DNA of 64,000 nt from Anthoceros angustus (Eukaryota > Plantae > Anthocerotophyta), in NCBI GenBank assembly GCA_010909165.1, contig MU008162.1:682001-746000 (forward strand), given 5' to 3'. How positions within the stretch are numbered: position 1 is the stretch's first letter; every line of letters starts with the position of its first letter. Positions 40,168 through 53,908 of the stretch are shown piece by piece. Both the position numbers and the translations under genes were made by a program. The notes under the pieces were generated by a model. That model saw nothing but the letters and a program-made list of their open reading frames with translations. It was not told where the DNA came from and made no database searches.

Positions 40168-42398
40168 CTGCACTTGTTGCAGTGCCGCCACTTCTCTCGT
40201 CTTGCAGGCCCATGGCCTTCATGGGAACATCCTCTGATCTTCTCCGAAGCTCGGTGCTCTTCATCCTCTTGGGTGACTTATCCGAATTCGGAAGCCATTC
40301 AGAACTCAAACCAGATGAGATCATTCAAGTAAGTCATACACAACTTGCTATAACAGGCCAGTTTTGACCTTGCCATTTTTCGAGGACTATCACATTAACC
40401 ATCTCGTTAAGGTTGTTTGTGTCCCTTAAACTTGTGTTGGGTCACTGCTATAAGCACAAATCTCAGTGAGCAAGGATTCTCAGGGAGCGAATGTCTTCGG
40501 AAGGCTTTTTTGATCGGGATGGTCCCCGTAATTTAAGTAGTTCTATCAGCTTCCATAGCTCTTGAATCTTCGAATCCAGACGAAGGGCTTCCTGTGAGTC
40601 GAACTGTCATTCGGTACTCCAAGGCTTCACTGAAAAGCCCTTTTGAGTGAAACCCCTTCGTCTGGATTCATCTTCCTTGGACATCACTGCAGCGGGACAT
40701 CACAACTTCCTTCAAGGTTCACGGTTTTATTAACGTCTCGCGCTGAAGGACTCAACTGTATCCAGTTGTGTAAGAGTCTCATTTGGATACCCTTTCGGTA
40801 TCGCCTTCTGGCCTGTCCAGCAGCTATAATGGAACCCGTTGGTTGCAAAGTGTTCTCAGGTTTGCATGTCTTCTATCACTGTGAAATAAAGTCAAGCCTC
40901 AGACGGCCGCTATAAGTGAGGGACATCCTGTCCCCGCCGGGGTGGTCAGGAAGATGGAACCCACGTCTCGTATGCAAAAGATCTAGAAACGATTCCACCA
41001 GAGGAAAGCTTGAATCTGGACTCGCGTTTATGAAACCAAGGCCTACAGCCACATCTGCATCTCGCTCGCTCTTTCCTCCTTAACGTCTATGAGATGTCGT
41101 CCATTTCTGTTCATCTACACAAGGAGGCCGTAGACGTTTCTCCTGCATGCGAGCCTGAACAGAAATGAGCGGAAAAGGACAGATGAGAAGACAGTATTAC
41201 AAGCAGTTTGCTGCACCCACTGTGTCTTGCTGGGAACCCTACCTGCCAGCCGAGAGACGGCATTACAGGCCGGTTACTTCTGAAGGACCACGACCACACC
41301 GAACTCCCGCTGGCTAGGTACGTAACCTAGGGTAAAGACCAGTATAGCCCTTTTGTGAGTGTGGTGTACGACTCAGGACACTGGAATTTAATCTCAGGGC
41401 GCCTTCCTGCTTCGCCCTGGACCCTCACCTCCATATCCGTGACATTGCCAATCACGCTCGTCAAAATGCTCAACATATCCGCTGTTTGAGAGCCCTGAAC
41501 GAGGCTGTTGGATGCAAACCCTAAAGCGGCTACAGTCATCCTCGGGGTCGTGAGATGAAACTCAGCACTTGCTTCAACACCCGGAACCCTGCTGCACAAG
41601 ATACATGTGGGGGAAGTTGGAGGTGAAGAAGCCATTGGGAGCAGGAACTTCAGGCAGCTGCATGACCGGGGTTACGTGACATTCGTGTGCCGAGCTCATC
41701 AAGGCATGTGCTCATATTGGAGCCTTGGACAAGGAAGCCTTGGACAAGGAAGCCTTGGGAGCGATCCTTTTCTTGGGACCCGTTTGGTTGTTTGGCTTTC
41801 ATGCATCCAAAATGTGGTTTGGTTGTTTGGTTTTCGTGCACGCAAAATGTGGTCGAGGCCGTAAGACCTACTAAACTTGGCTTCAACAAGCTGGTAAAAA
41901 AACTGTGGTGTCAAAGCACGTTCTTATTTTGGACCGCTCGACCTCCGGTTCTTAGTTCTTACTATCTAGGTACCTATATAGCTTGTTCCCATATTAAGAG
42001 TATATAAATTCGTTGATGTAAACGTTTGAAATAAACGAACTTGTCTAACTACTCTAGTCCTCGAACTTGTCTAACTACTCTAGTCCTCGGCTGTCCTTTA
42101 AGCTCTTCTCGAATTTTTATTTTTCGTATTTGAAGATTTTATTTCACTTTACTTTATAGTGGGTAAAACTTTTATTTTATCTAGTATCTTATGAAATTCT
42201 ATTTTTCTATTACACTTTACTCTACTCCTCAACTTTTTGCATTTAATAAGCGAGTTCATAGTCATTCGTCCCTAGTGGACTTCAAAAACCACATCTTCGG
42301 TTTCTTCTTTATCTAATTCTTTTAACACTTTGAGTTCGAGGTTTCATGTGACAAATAGCTACTTCAATAGGACAAAACGACCAACACAAAGCCAAATT

Positions 42399-43304
42399 AT
42401 GGAGTCGAGTAACCCAAAACTTCCAAGAATCGACAAATATGAGATCACGAAAACCTTATTGGGGGAAGGCTCTCAGGCTCATGTCGTGCTTGGAAAAAAT
42501 ATTGTAACCGGTAACCTGGTGGCCATTAAGACCTTTAATGATATCAATCATGATAATACAATGAAGGCAGTATTAATTGAAATAGCATACTTACAATTTT
42601 TGGACCATCCAAACATATTGAAAATACATGACGCATATGTATACCAAGATCAGATATTTTTAATCACAGAATTAATGCGATGTGGTTCATTAGGTGACTT
42701 CTTAGATCAACAAGGTCACTTGAATGAAGATACTGCAAGACATTATTTTCGTCAAGTCATTTATGGTTTAGAATATTGCCACAGTAAAGGCATTTTTCAT
42801 CGTGATATTAAACCAGATAATTTACTTTTGAATGAACACAAGGTTTTAAAAATTGCGGATTTTGGATTTGCTTGCAAAGGGAACTCACAAACAGAATATA
42901 ATGATTATTGTGGAACCAGAATATACATGGCTCCCGAGATTGGTTTGAGATTGAAATATAAAGGAGGACCATGTGATATATGGTCTGCCGGAGTAACCTT
43001 ATTTGAAATGGTAACGGGGTCTGAGCTCTTTATTGAAGAGGATAATGATGTTTTAGTTAATGAGTGTGCACTTCAAAGTCTTGAGCAACTTTCTTTTGGG
43101 TGCATTAGTCTACTATTAGGATTATTAATTCATGATCCAGAAATACGTCTCAATATTTCAGCGATAAAAGTGCATGAATGGTTCACAAACAATAAAACTA
43201 TGGACACCAAAGAAAAATATAAGATTTTTCTATTAAATGTTTTCAAGACGGAAATGAGGAAGTTAAACAAGGGCGGCTCTAATAACCCAATCTTAATAGA
43301 TTGA
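42399..43304 (+). CDS. Intronless AT-rich Ser/Thr protein kinase (CAMK/SnRK-like), apparently intact
   Basis: GEGSQA loop, VAIK, HPNILKI, HRDIKPDN, KIADFG, CGTRIYMAPE, DIWSAGV. The ORF is uninterrupted. Confidence 0.88.
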   Translation: MESSNPKLPRIDKYEITKTLLGEGSQAHVVLGKNIVTGNLVAIKTFNDINHDNTMKAVLIEIAYLQFLDHPNILKIHDAYVYQDQIFLITELMRCGSLGDFLDQQGHLNEDTARHYFRQVIYGLEYCHSKGIFHRDIKPDNLLLNEHKVLKIADFGFACKGNSQTEYNDYCGTRIYMAPEIGLRLKYKGGPCDIWSAGVTLFEMVTGSELFIEEDNDVLVNECALQSLEQLSFGCISLLLGLLIHDPEIRLNISAIKVHEWFTNNKTMDTKEKYKIFLLNVFKTEMRKLNKGGSNNPILID

Positions 43305-44476
43305 AAATATTTTTTTTTACGGGTGCAAGCATGCTTTGGTGTTACACTTAGGTACCGGATGTCAATACACACTTCGCTATCTTGAGAGGCATAGGAAGGA
43401 ATGAAATTCTTCTTGATCTTCTTCTTGTATAGGAAGGTGTAAAGTTCAAGTTTTCAATAATTTTGTTGTTACTTATATCTATATATTTATTGCAACTTGA
43501 ATTTTTTAATCTAAAGTTAAAAATTTTGCCTTTTTGAACTTACCAGGTTGACATATGTGGTCAACCTCTTTTCTTGTCACTTTCCCTTCTCTCCCTCTCC
43601 TCCTTAGAAACTCGCCACCTTGCCATTGCGTTGTGCTATTGCTTGTTGCGCTCCATTCGCTTAGAAGCAAGAGTCTCCACTATGCAATCGGCAATACCTC
43701 TATACATTGCTGAGAGCTCTCGAAACATTTGTATCTAATAGTTTCTTCTTGAAAGGGTTTGTCTTCAATGTCTTTTGGGCCATCAGAAACTAACATTGCA
43801 TATGTCAAATTTCAGAAAATGTAGCTCATCTACAAACCAAGGCCCATGCATTTGTACGTGCGTAAAACTTGAAGGCGCTGGACATCTCGCACACCAGTTG
43901 AAAAAATCCAACTACAAGTTGCAGATAGGGCACATAGAGTGAGGTCAAAAAGGTTTAATTAATCTTGTATACTAAGGAAATATACAAAAATAACGTCAAC
44001 CAGAAAATTACTTTCAAAAATAGTATTGCAAACTTTTTCAAAAACAACATAATCAATTAGGAAAATTCGAGCATTAGACCTCGCTTGAGGAAGGCAGGTA
44101 CGCATAGATAGTGGGATGACGTACAAATTTTTCTAACCACCAAAATAATAGCACTACATCCTAATTATGATTCACCCTTGGGGTGCTTAGCTATGGAATT
44201 CTTATTTCAAGATGTTTATATGCACCCCGCTCTATAAGATTTAAATATCTCACATAGAAATAATTATTGCAGCAATGCGCTGGACGTCTGACGCATCTCC
44301 TCCATCATTTGCATCATGCTGGATGTCAAACAAGACTGAGGTCTCGAGGAAATGCGCCGGATGTCTAGCGTAGACTGCTACAGATTAGCGTCAATGCCCC
44401 GGACGTTGAGCGCATTGCCTTGCCCCTATACCTCCCTATGTTGGATACTGTATTGATGCAATTCCAGGGCAGTGTA

Positions 44477-45671
44477 ATCACAAAAACCTTATTGGGGGAA
44501 GGTTCTTAGGTCCATGTCGTGCTTGGAAAAAATATTGTAACTGGCAACTTGGTGGCCATTAAGACCTTTAATAAGATCAATCATGATAATACAATGAAGG
44601 CAGTATTAATTGAAATAACATACTTACAATTTTTGGACCATCCAAACATATTGAAAATACATGATGCATATGTATGCCATGATAAGATATTTTTAATTAC
44701 AGAATTAATGTGAGGTGGTTCATTATAGGACTTCATAGATCAACAAGGTCTAAAAGAAGATACTGCAAGACATTATTTTCGTCAAGTCATATATGGTTTA
44801 GAATATTGCCATAGTGAAACAGTCGACAACAAGCTAGGCCACTCGAGTCATCCACAAACGACCACCTCGGAGACGAAGCTACCATAGCCAGATACGGCCG
44901 GGCGGCGGGAACCCTAGGAGGTAAGGGTATTCTGGATTATAAGTCAGCTAAAATAATGGATAAGAAATAATGGAAAGGATAAATAGTTTAGGATGGTTAA
45001 ATAGTGTTAATGCCCAGTTCTACATTGACAAAAGAGGAAAGAAACGCAATTGACCCCAGCTGACCCCAGTAGAAAACCGAAACCAACGGCTAGAATAGCG
45101 AAACCAAGAAATAGGTAGTTTTACGAGGGTAGCACGGCCTTCTTGGCCTACACCCTGCCCGTGTATTTGTAGCCAATCGCGAAAGCGAACAAGGGAGTCC
45201 ATTTTCCCTGGAACATTAAGATCTGAGCTGGCGCAGCTTCGTAGCACACAGTAAGGGCATTTTCATCGCAATATTAAACCAGAGAATTTACTTTTGATTG
45301 AACACAAGGTTTTAAAAATTGCAGATTTTGGATTTGCTTGCAAAGGGAACTCACAAAAAGAATATAATGATTATTGTGGAACTAGATTATACATGGCTCT
45401 TGAGATCGGTTTGAGATTGAAATATAAAGGAGGACCATGTGATATATGGTCTGCCGGAGTAACCTTATTTGAAATGGTAACTGGGCATGAGCTCTTTATT
45501 CAAGAGGGTTATGATATTTTGATTGATGTGTACGCACTTCAATGTCATGAGCAACTTTCTTATGGGTGTATTAATCTAATTAGGATTATTAATTCATGAT
45601 CTAGAAATACGTCTCAATATTTCAAGGATAAATATATAAGATTTTGAAATGAGAAAGTCAAACAAGGGCGG
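44477..45671 (+). pseudogene. Truncated, disrupted duplicate of the 42399 kinase
   Basis: Collinear with 42444-43275. It has in-frame stops (GGTTCTTAG, ATGTGA), a frameshift near HRD, a 3' deletion and an LTR insertion at 44815-45246. Confidence 0.9.
44815..45246. mobile_element. Solo LTR (432 bp) inserted in the kinase pseudogene
   Basis: Starts TG and ends CA. Flanked by CATAG (44810-44814) and CACAG (45247-45251). The uninterrupted kinase reads GCCACAGTAAAGG at this site, consistent with a 5-bp TSD carrying one substitution. Confidence 0.85.
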
Positions 45672-45878
45672 TTAAGTCGCGCTGTCAAGCAACATAGCCA
45701 TTCATGCCCGGATTCCATCAAAAAGAAAAATGAAATGATCAGGTCTCCAAGGTACAAGCTTGATCAAGGAGCTACCTCTGAGGATGCCTAGGGCCTTCGA
45801 ATATGAAAACGTGACACAAATCTATGACTTGTGCCCGACAATGCCATCCCACAAAGTTGCAAAGAAGACAAAGATCAT

Positions 45879-46370
45879 TGTAGGGACGAAGGATGGCTGC
45901 CTCTTTACTAGATAAATATAAACAATCCACTTAGCTTGGAGTGTTGCTCTACATATGTAGCCCCTGGCTCTTGCCATCTCCCACTGGTGCACACTCCTTC
46001 TTCCCAATGAATAATAGAAGCTAAGTGTTGCTCTACATATATAGCTGTGGTCGTACTTTCGCTGACGGACTAGCCGGGCGCACACTAATCGCGTGTCGTG
46101 TAGTATGGGGTTCGAGCCCAAGGGAATGGTTCTCTCCGTTTGCTTATTGTTCACCTATCTTGGATCCATAATTGATCCGAGCTGCTATTGTTATCAAACC
46201 TGTACCACCGGACCCACTTGGTTACGAGGGTGGGTGGCGGCCTCACCTTTCTTGTGATCCACTAGTCCAGCCACTGTCGTTGTCCAACGGCGCCGCCGGA
46301 CCTCCACTTGGTGGGGAGCGAATCGCGGGCGCAACGTGACCCCCGATCGGGCGCTACTATGGCGATCGCC
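45879..46370 (+). mobile_element. LTR-retrotransposon 5' LTR followed by a PBS-like sequence (internal region truncated)
   Basis: TGTAGGG...GCGCTAC(T)A terminal inverted repeat, immediately followed by TGGCGATCGC (TGG start typical of a tRNA PBS). GTGTTGCTCTACATAT is repeated internally. Confidence 0.55.
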
Positions 46371-46702
46371 TAGTTACGCGGACGTGGGACCAGAAGCGAT
46401 GCTCAAGGTACCGCCCAACCCTTCTGACGAATCGAACCAGGGTGCACACTACCCTTTGTAATGTCAGCGCCCGGAGGTTACAGCCTCGGGCCCATCCGTA
46501 CCACCGCCCGAGCCTTCTACTTTGTACCCTCCGCTCACCTTCCTTCATATTCTATAACCAACACTACCGTACAGGCCGGTATGGCCAAACGTTTAAGGAC
46601 TCGTACACGTCCTGGTATCCACCCCGTCCGGGAATCCTTCCTTCCACTCCTTTCTCGTCACTCGCGTTTATACTCTAGGGTCTTTCGTGTTGTGGTCGTG
46701 CG

Positions 46703-46785
46703 CTCCAATGAAGTCTAGGCTGCAGCACCTCCGCATCCACGCCCGCTCAATGAAGTCTAGGCTGCAGCACCTCCGCATCCACGTC
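46703..46785 (+). repeat. Tandem duplication of about 42 bp
   Basis: CTC(C)AATGAAGTCTAGGCTGCAGCACCTCCGCATCCACG occurs twice. Confidence 0.85.
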
Positions 46786-46811
46786 CGCACAGTCCAGCCG
46801 CTCCTGGCTCA

Positions 46812-47029
46812 ATGTGTGTCCAAATGGCTTAGGCCAAATGGACACACATTTATAAGAATGCTGTAATTAAGCATCCTAAGCTTAGATCGGTACTTAGATG
46901 GGGTGCCTAAAGGGAGTGGATGCCTTGGTGCAAGTAGCTTAGGCACACCATGGTACACATTGTTAAGTACCAAGTCCCATGACGGAAATCCGTCCTTAGT
47001 GGACTTCAATAAAATTCTTCTTCTTCTTC
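46812..47029 (+). mobile_element. SINE-like element, copy 2
   Basis: Same 5' start (ATGTGTGTCCA hairpin) and same 3' end (GTCCCATGACGGAAATCCGTCCTTAGTGGACTTCAATAAAA(TTC)n) as 18379-18603. Confidence 0.75.
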
Positions 47030-47657
47030 CACACACCCTCGCCATTCTGCACCGTGATATCCTGATGTGTTGAAAGTAGATATCACCTTCTGGCCTTTCC
47101 GTCAGCTTTCATCGTTACAAAGTGTTTTTGGGTTCCCATCGTTAAGGTTTTTGTCCTTCGGCCGTTTCAGTTTCACGGTTTCAGAGTTCCAGATGGACAT
47201 GTACACTTCTGATAACTTGGGAGATTTGCAACTGTACATCGCATTTTCTGAGAGATTTTATCTTGTCTTCTCTACCTTTTTGCGGATTCTCCTCCATAAT
47301 TCATGTCAGGATTGTCAAGGCCGCAAATCATCTCCATGCCGTCCCCTGGCCTCAAAGGTTGCTCACGTTGGCCTTGCAAGCTTCCAAACTAGTTCAAGAT
47401 TAGTTGGTGCGATTCTGCTGGAGATGGGGAAGTTGCATAAGAGCATGAGCTGGTGTGGCCCAAGGAGGAGGAGGTTCTTCTTGGGCTAGATGGAACATGA
47501 GCTGTGTGGGGGCTTCTGGTAGAGGAGTCTCCGACTCATGTTCCATCTACCGTGTCGCTTTACGGGTGGAAGATCTGTGTGGGGGCCCTATGTGTCCTGC
47601 TGCTTGGGTTGTTGCCCACTTGGAGAGTGGTTGCATAGGCAGACAAGCAGGTGATTC

Positions 47658-50330
<2,673 letters not shown>

Positions 50331-50711
50331 TGCTATGAGGAGCCAAAAGCTTTGGTTGACGCTAAGCAGCGATTGCCACATACCGCCTCCGTATCTGCCT
50401 CTGGAAAATGGAACTATGAAGCAAGCACCTAAAATCTTTCCTGCATCAACGTTGCTCGAATGTTGGTGTTGTTGCTCGAGCTCATATTGTTTTGTCCCTC
50501 TGGTAAGGTTTCTTACAGTTGCTGTGGGGGACGGACATTCAATCTCATGAAGAACAGATAAAGGGGCCTACGACTTCACCTCGCTTACGACATCTCGACA
50601 AGCTTTCCAACAGTTGCTATGGGGAAATGGAGAACAGCTAATGGGACCTATTCATGACCTAGCTTACAGACCAGTGCTTCTTCTCTGAAGGGCCCAAATG
50701 CATACAACCAG

Positions 50712-51336
50712 CTACTTTTTCTTGGAATGCTCCTCCTTTGGTCCATAGCTGCAATCCAGCGCAAGAGGACAACTCAGACCCTTGTCTCACATGGCTTGAG
50801 TCAGAATGCAGAGACCAGAGTTTTTCAGCAAGTTTGTCAGTGAGCCATAGCGCACGCTTACTTATGCTGTGCCCATCTTGAGAGCTGGTAAGCTTGAACA
50901 GACTCATTAGCAGCGTGAGTGCCCATCAGAAAGTAATTGCGTGGCTTGACCACCCATGCAAACCTCATGAACAGTAAAGAGTAGATACACATGGCTGCAC
51001 AATGCGGATACCAGACTCCTTCAGCAAGCTTTCCAGTTGTGAAACAGGAAATGAGGCCTCTGCAACAAAGTCCTCGAGATCTATACCTCCTGTCATGTTG
51101 CCAGATATCATTTCGGGCGGTTTAGTCGAATCCGCAACGGCCTACAGACAAGCCCACGTCCTTCCTGAAGCATAGCTGCAGAGCATATATGCATCTAAAT
51201 TGCAGAAACTCTTAGAACAAGTAGAAGAATGGCAACGTACAGCGAACACAACGCCCCAGTTGACAGCCGGACCCCAGAAATGGGTGGTCTTTGGTCCCAC
51301 TGGACTGTTCCAGAAGGCCTTGAACCCTCCTGACAT
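50712..51336 (-). CDS. MPC1: Mitochondrial pyruvate carrier, MPC1-like (copy a), 4 exons
   Basis: MSGGFKAFWNSPVGPKTTHFWGPAVNWG / KPPEMISGNMTG / MCIYSLLFMRFAWVVKPRNY..HAANESVQAYQLSRW / NYGPKEEHSKKK*. Confidence 0.92.
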
Positions 51337-51541
51337 CGCTGCAGCACGAGGGCAGATCAGACTAGGTTGCAGAGCATTACCCTAACACGTTCATGTTTCA
51401 CGGACATTCAACGGTCAAAAGGTGACAGTTATGAAAAATTAGGGCTTTCGACAGCTCAAGTAGATAAGTAGATATGTACTTTCAGCCTTGCCAAAGCAGC
51501 GCCATCGCTGGCAAGTTCAAACTATGCTGCTGGCTCTAGTC

Positions 51542-53595
51542 CTATCGCAGAAGGATGGGTGCCATTCGTGTCAAGGTCCTAGGCTGCTTGACAGCATTTA
51601 GGAGAGCTATGAAGATGCTGAACAACGTCAAAGCTCCAGCTTGGTGGGCAGCACCAAGGGAGACGGGTACGTATGTTAGGAGAGTGGAGACTCCAAGAGT
51701 CACCTGCGCAAAACATGGTCTGGTTATTTTCCACTCTCAAAGACCACATGGCCTATTCCAAACCCAAAATGATACTCAGAAGTACCTGAATGGCAGTCAT
51801 GGCAAGAGCACTATTCAGCAGAAATCGCACTTGTGGGTTCACAGTTAGATGCCTGGTTGTGCACCAGACGGTGCCCACGCTTATGAGTGTAGAAATTGCA
51901 AGAATTCGGTGGTCGAGCTGATTACACCCACGAGGCATGCTTTTAGAAACGAACTAAAATGATGCTAATACTAGAACCCACTGAGCAGTGACCACGACAC
52001 TAAGCTGCCAGATGGTTATGCTACTGTATCTGCTACAATGCACGTCCATGCGCTTGTCTCACCTGAACAGTGCTTGTATTCTCAAAGAAGTTCCTGAGTA
52101 GGGGTTGCATCTCGAGAATATCTTCAGGGATCCACCGGTCTCCCATTTTGGGAAACGTGTTGAAGGCATGGCCCTATGACAATCACAACCAAGAAACACC
52201 AGCAGTTGTCATTTCATTGTTTAGAGGAACAAGGTACTCACAAGACACGGGGTTCAACTGTTAGTTCAGCTGACTGGAAGCTCTTACCGCATCATTTCCA
52301 GCAACGAATGCCCCAGATAGGGCTGTCAAACCCACGAGGGTAGCCACAGGCACAAGAAGCTTCCACAGCTTCCTGTTTGCTGAAATCATGTCCACCGTGC
52401 TAGTGACTGACTCGGACACGCCAACAGACAGGGCTGTCCAAAGAAGGCCTGAGTAAATGGCAAATGCCGATGTCAGGTGAACAGCCAGACGATAAGGGCT
52501 GACTCTTGGCTGAGCGTATTCAGATTTGGGCTCCTGTAGACAAGAATTCCACCTTCAATCTCATGGCAGGACATCGTGCTGTCAAGTAACAGCCGAAGCT
52601 GTCAGTTCAATCTGCACAGAAACTATTGCTATTTGACCCAGGTCTTGCTGATTCAGTTATACTTGAGCACATTCTGAATCCATGCAAACCAACACTTTGG
52701 GCAGCTGCAAAGAGATTTACCTCAAGCCCACTCCTGACCATCCACCATCCCACGAATCCCTGAGCAGCGCCCATGCCAAACAACACGGACAGCCTTGCAG
52801 CAAGTGGGCCACTGATGTAGCCCTTGAACCCGAAGTAGGCAAAAGGTACGGCGAAGAGCACTCCAAGTCCTCTGCCCCACATTCTGTGAGCATACTCCAT
52901 CCAGTATATGAACTTGAATTGCTCTAGACTCATACCCTGATTCACACTGAAGCATGCACTTATGTGAGTGGTGACACCCCGCCCACATGTCATTCCATCG
53001 CCCACCCACCCAACCACAAGAATCCAATTCAGTGCCTGCCAAGCTCACCGTTTGTACTCAGGAGACAGCTTGTACTTGTCAAACTCCACCCGCCACTCCT
53101 CAGGTGACAGAGGAGGCAGAGTCCCAGCGAACTTCCAGTCCGTCATGGACAGCCCAGACCTGGTCAGTCGTGTGACTCCTCCCAGCACAACCAAGCTGAA
53201 CACCCACCCTGTGCAGCAGAGCAGCCATACTCGCACCTTCCTCTGGCCTGCGGCTGCAGCCGCAACCGCAGCAGGGGCGTGAATTACAGCGGCGGCGTGG
53301 ATGCAATGCTGAGCTACTGCAGTGGGGCGTCCGCAAACCTGCAACCCATGCAACCCAGAGGGAATTCCCAGGAGTCAGGGTACTGCACCGCCCAACACCC
53401 ACACACCATACATGAGAGGCTGACACGAACATTGTTGAGGGGCAGATTGGAGTAGCAGCGAGTGAAGACCGATCTGGCTGCAAACCCAGCAAAGCCTTCT
53501 CTAGCAAAGTGCGGAGCTGATGAAGCAGCTGACTGCTGCCGGGCCAGCAAAGCGCGCCAGCAGGAAGGAGCTGCGCGGCGACCAACACGGAGCAT
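51542..53595 (-). CDS. COX15: Heme A synthase COX15, multi-exon
   Basis: VVLGGVTRLTRSGLSMTDWKF, FKFIYWMEYAHRMWGR, GFVGWWMVRSGL, VSPYRLAVHL, GAFVAGNDAG, DHRILA, LGAAHQAGA. Confidence 0.95.
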
Positions 53596-53908
53596 CCCAG
53601 CAGGCACGAGGGAAGACGAATGCACCAATTGGGGCCAGGGATCCGAGACGTTCCAAAGCCCAAGCGTATTCAGAAACGGACGCGCTATCGCCACGACCGG
53701 GGCCCTACCACCGAGACGAAAAGCCCGGCCCAACGTTGAAAGCCTTGACGCGGAGAATGCAAGAGCTCGTATCAGCAGCTGCTGGCAGCCTCCAGGGAGG
53801 CGCGATGGTGGATCTGGGTGTGGGCGGCGCTGGGTCGTGATGGGGACGAGCGGGATGGGTGGAGCTGGAGGGTGAGTGCCGACCGGCGGTAGCGGGCAGC
53901 GGTGCGGG

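Noticed and set aside
38938-40191. 417-aa minus-strand ORF, and similar long antisense ORFs over the PPR, PLGG1, NAC and subtilase genes
   Set aside because: These are shadow frames of GC-rich coding DNA with no recognisable motifs.
46975-47005. Hammerhead ribozyme in the SINE-like 3' stem-loop
   Set aside because: The CUGANGA and GAAA core nucleotides are not present in the required arrangement on either strand.
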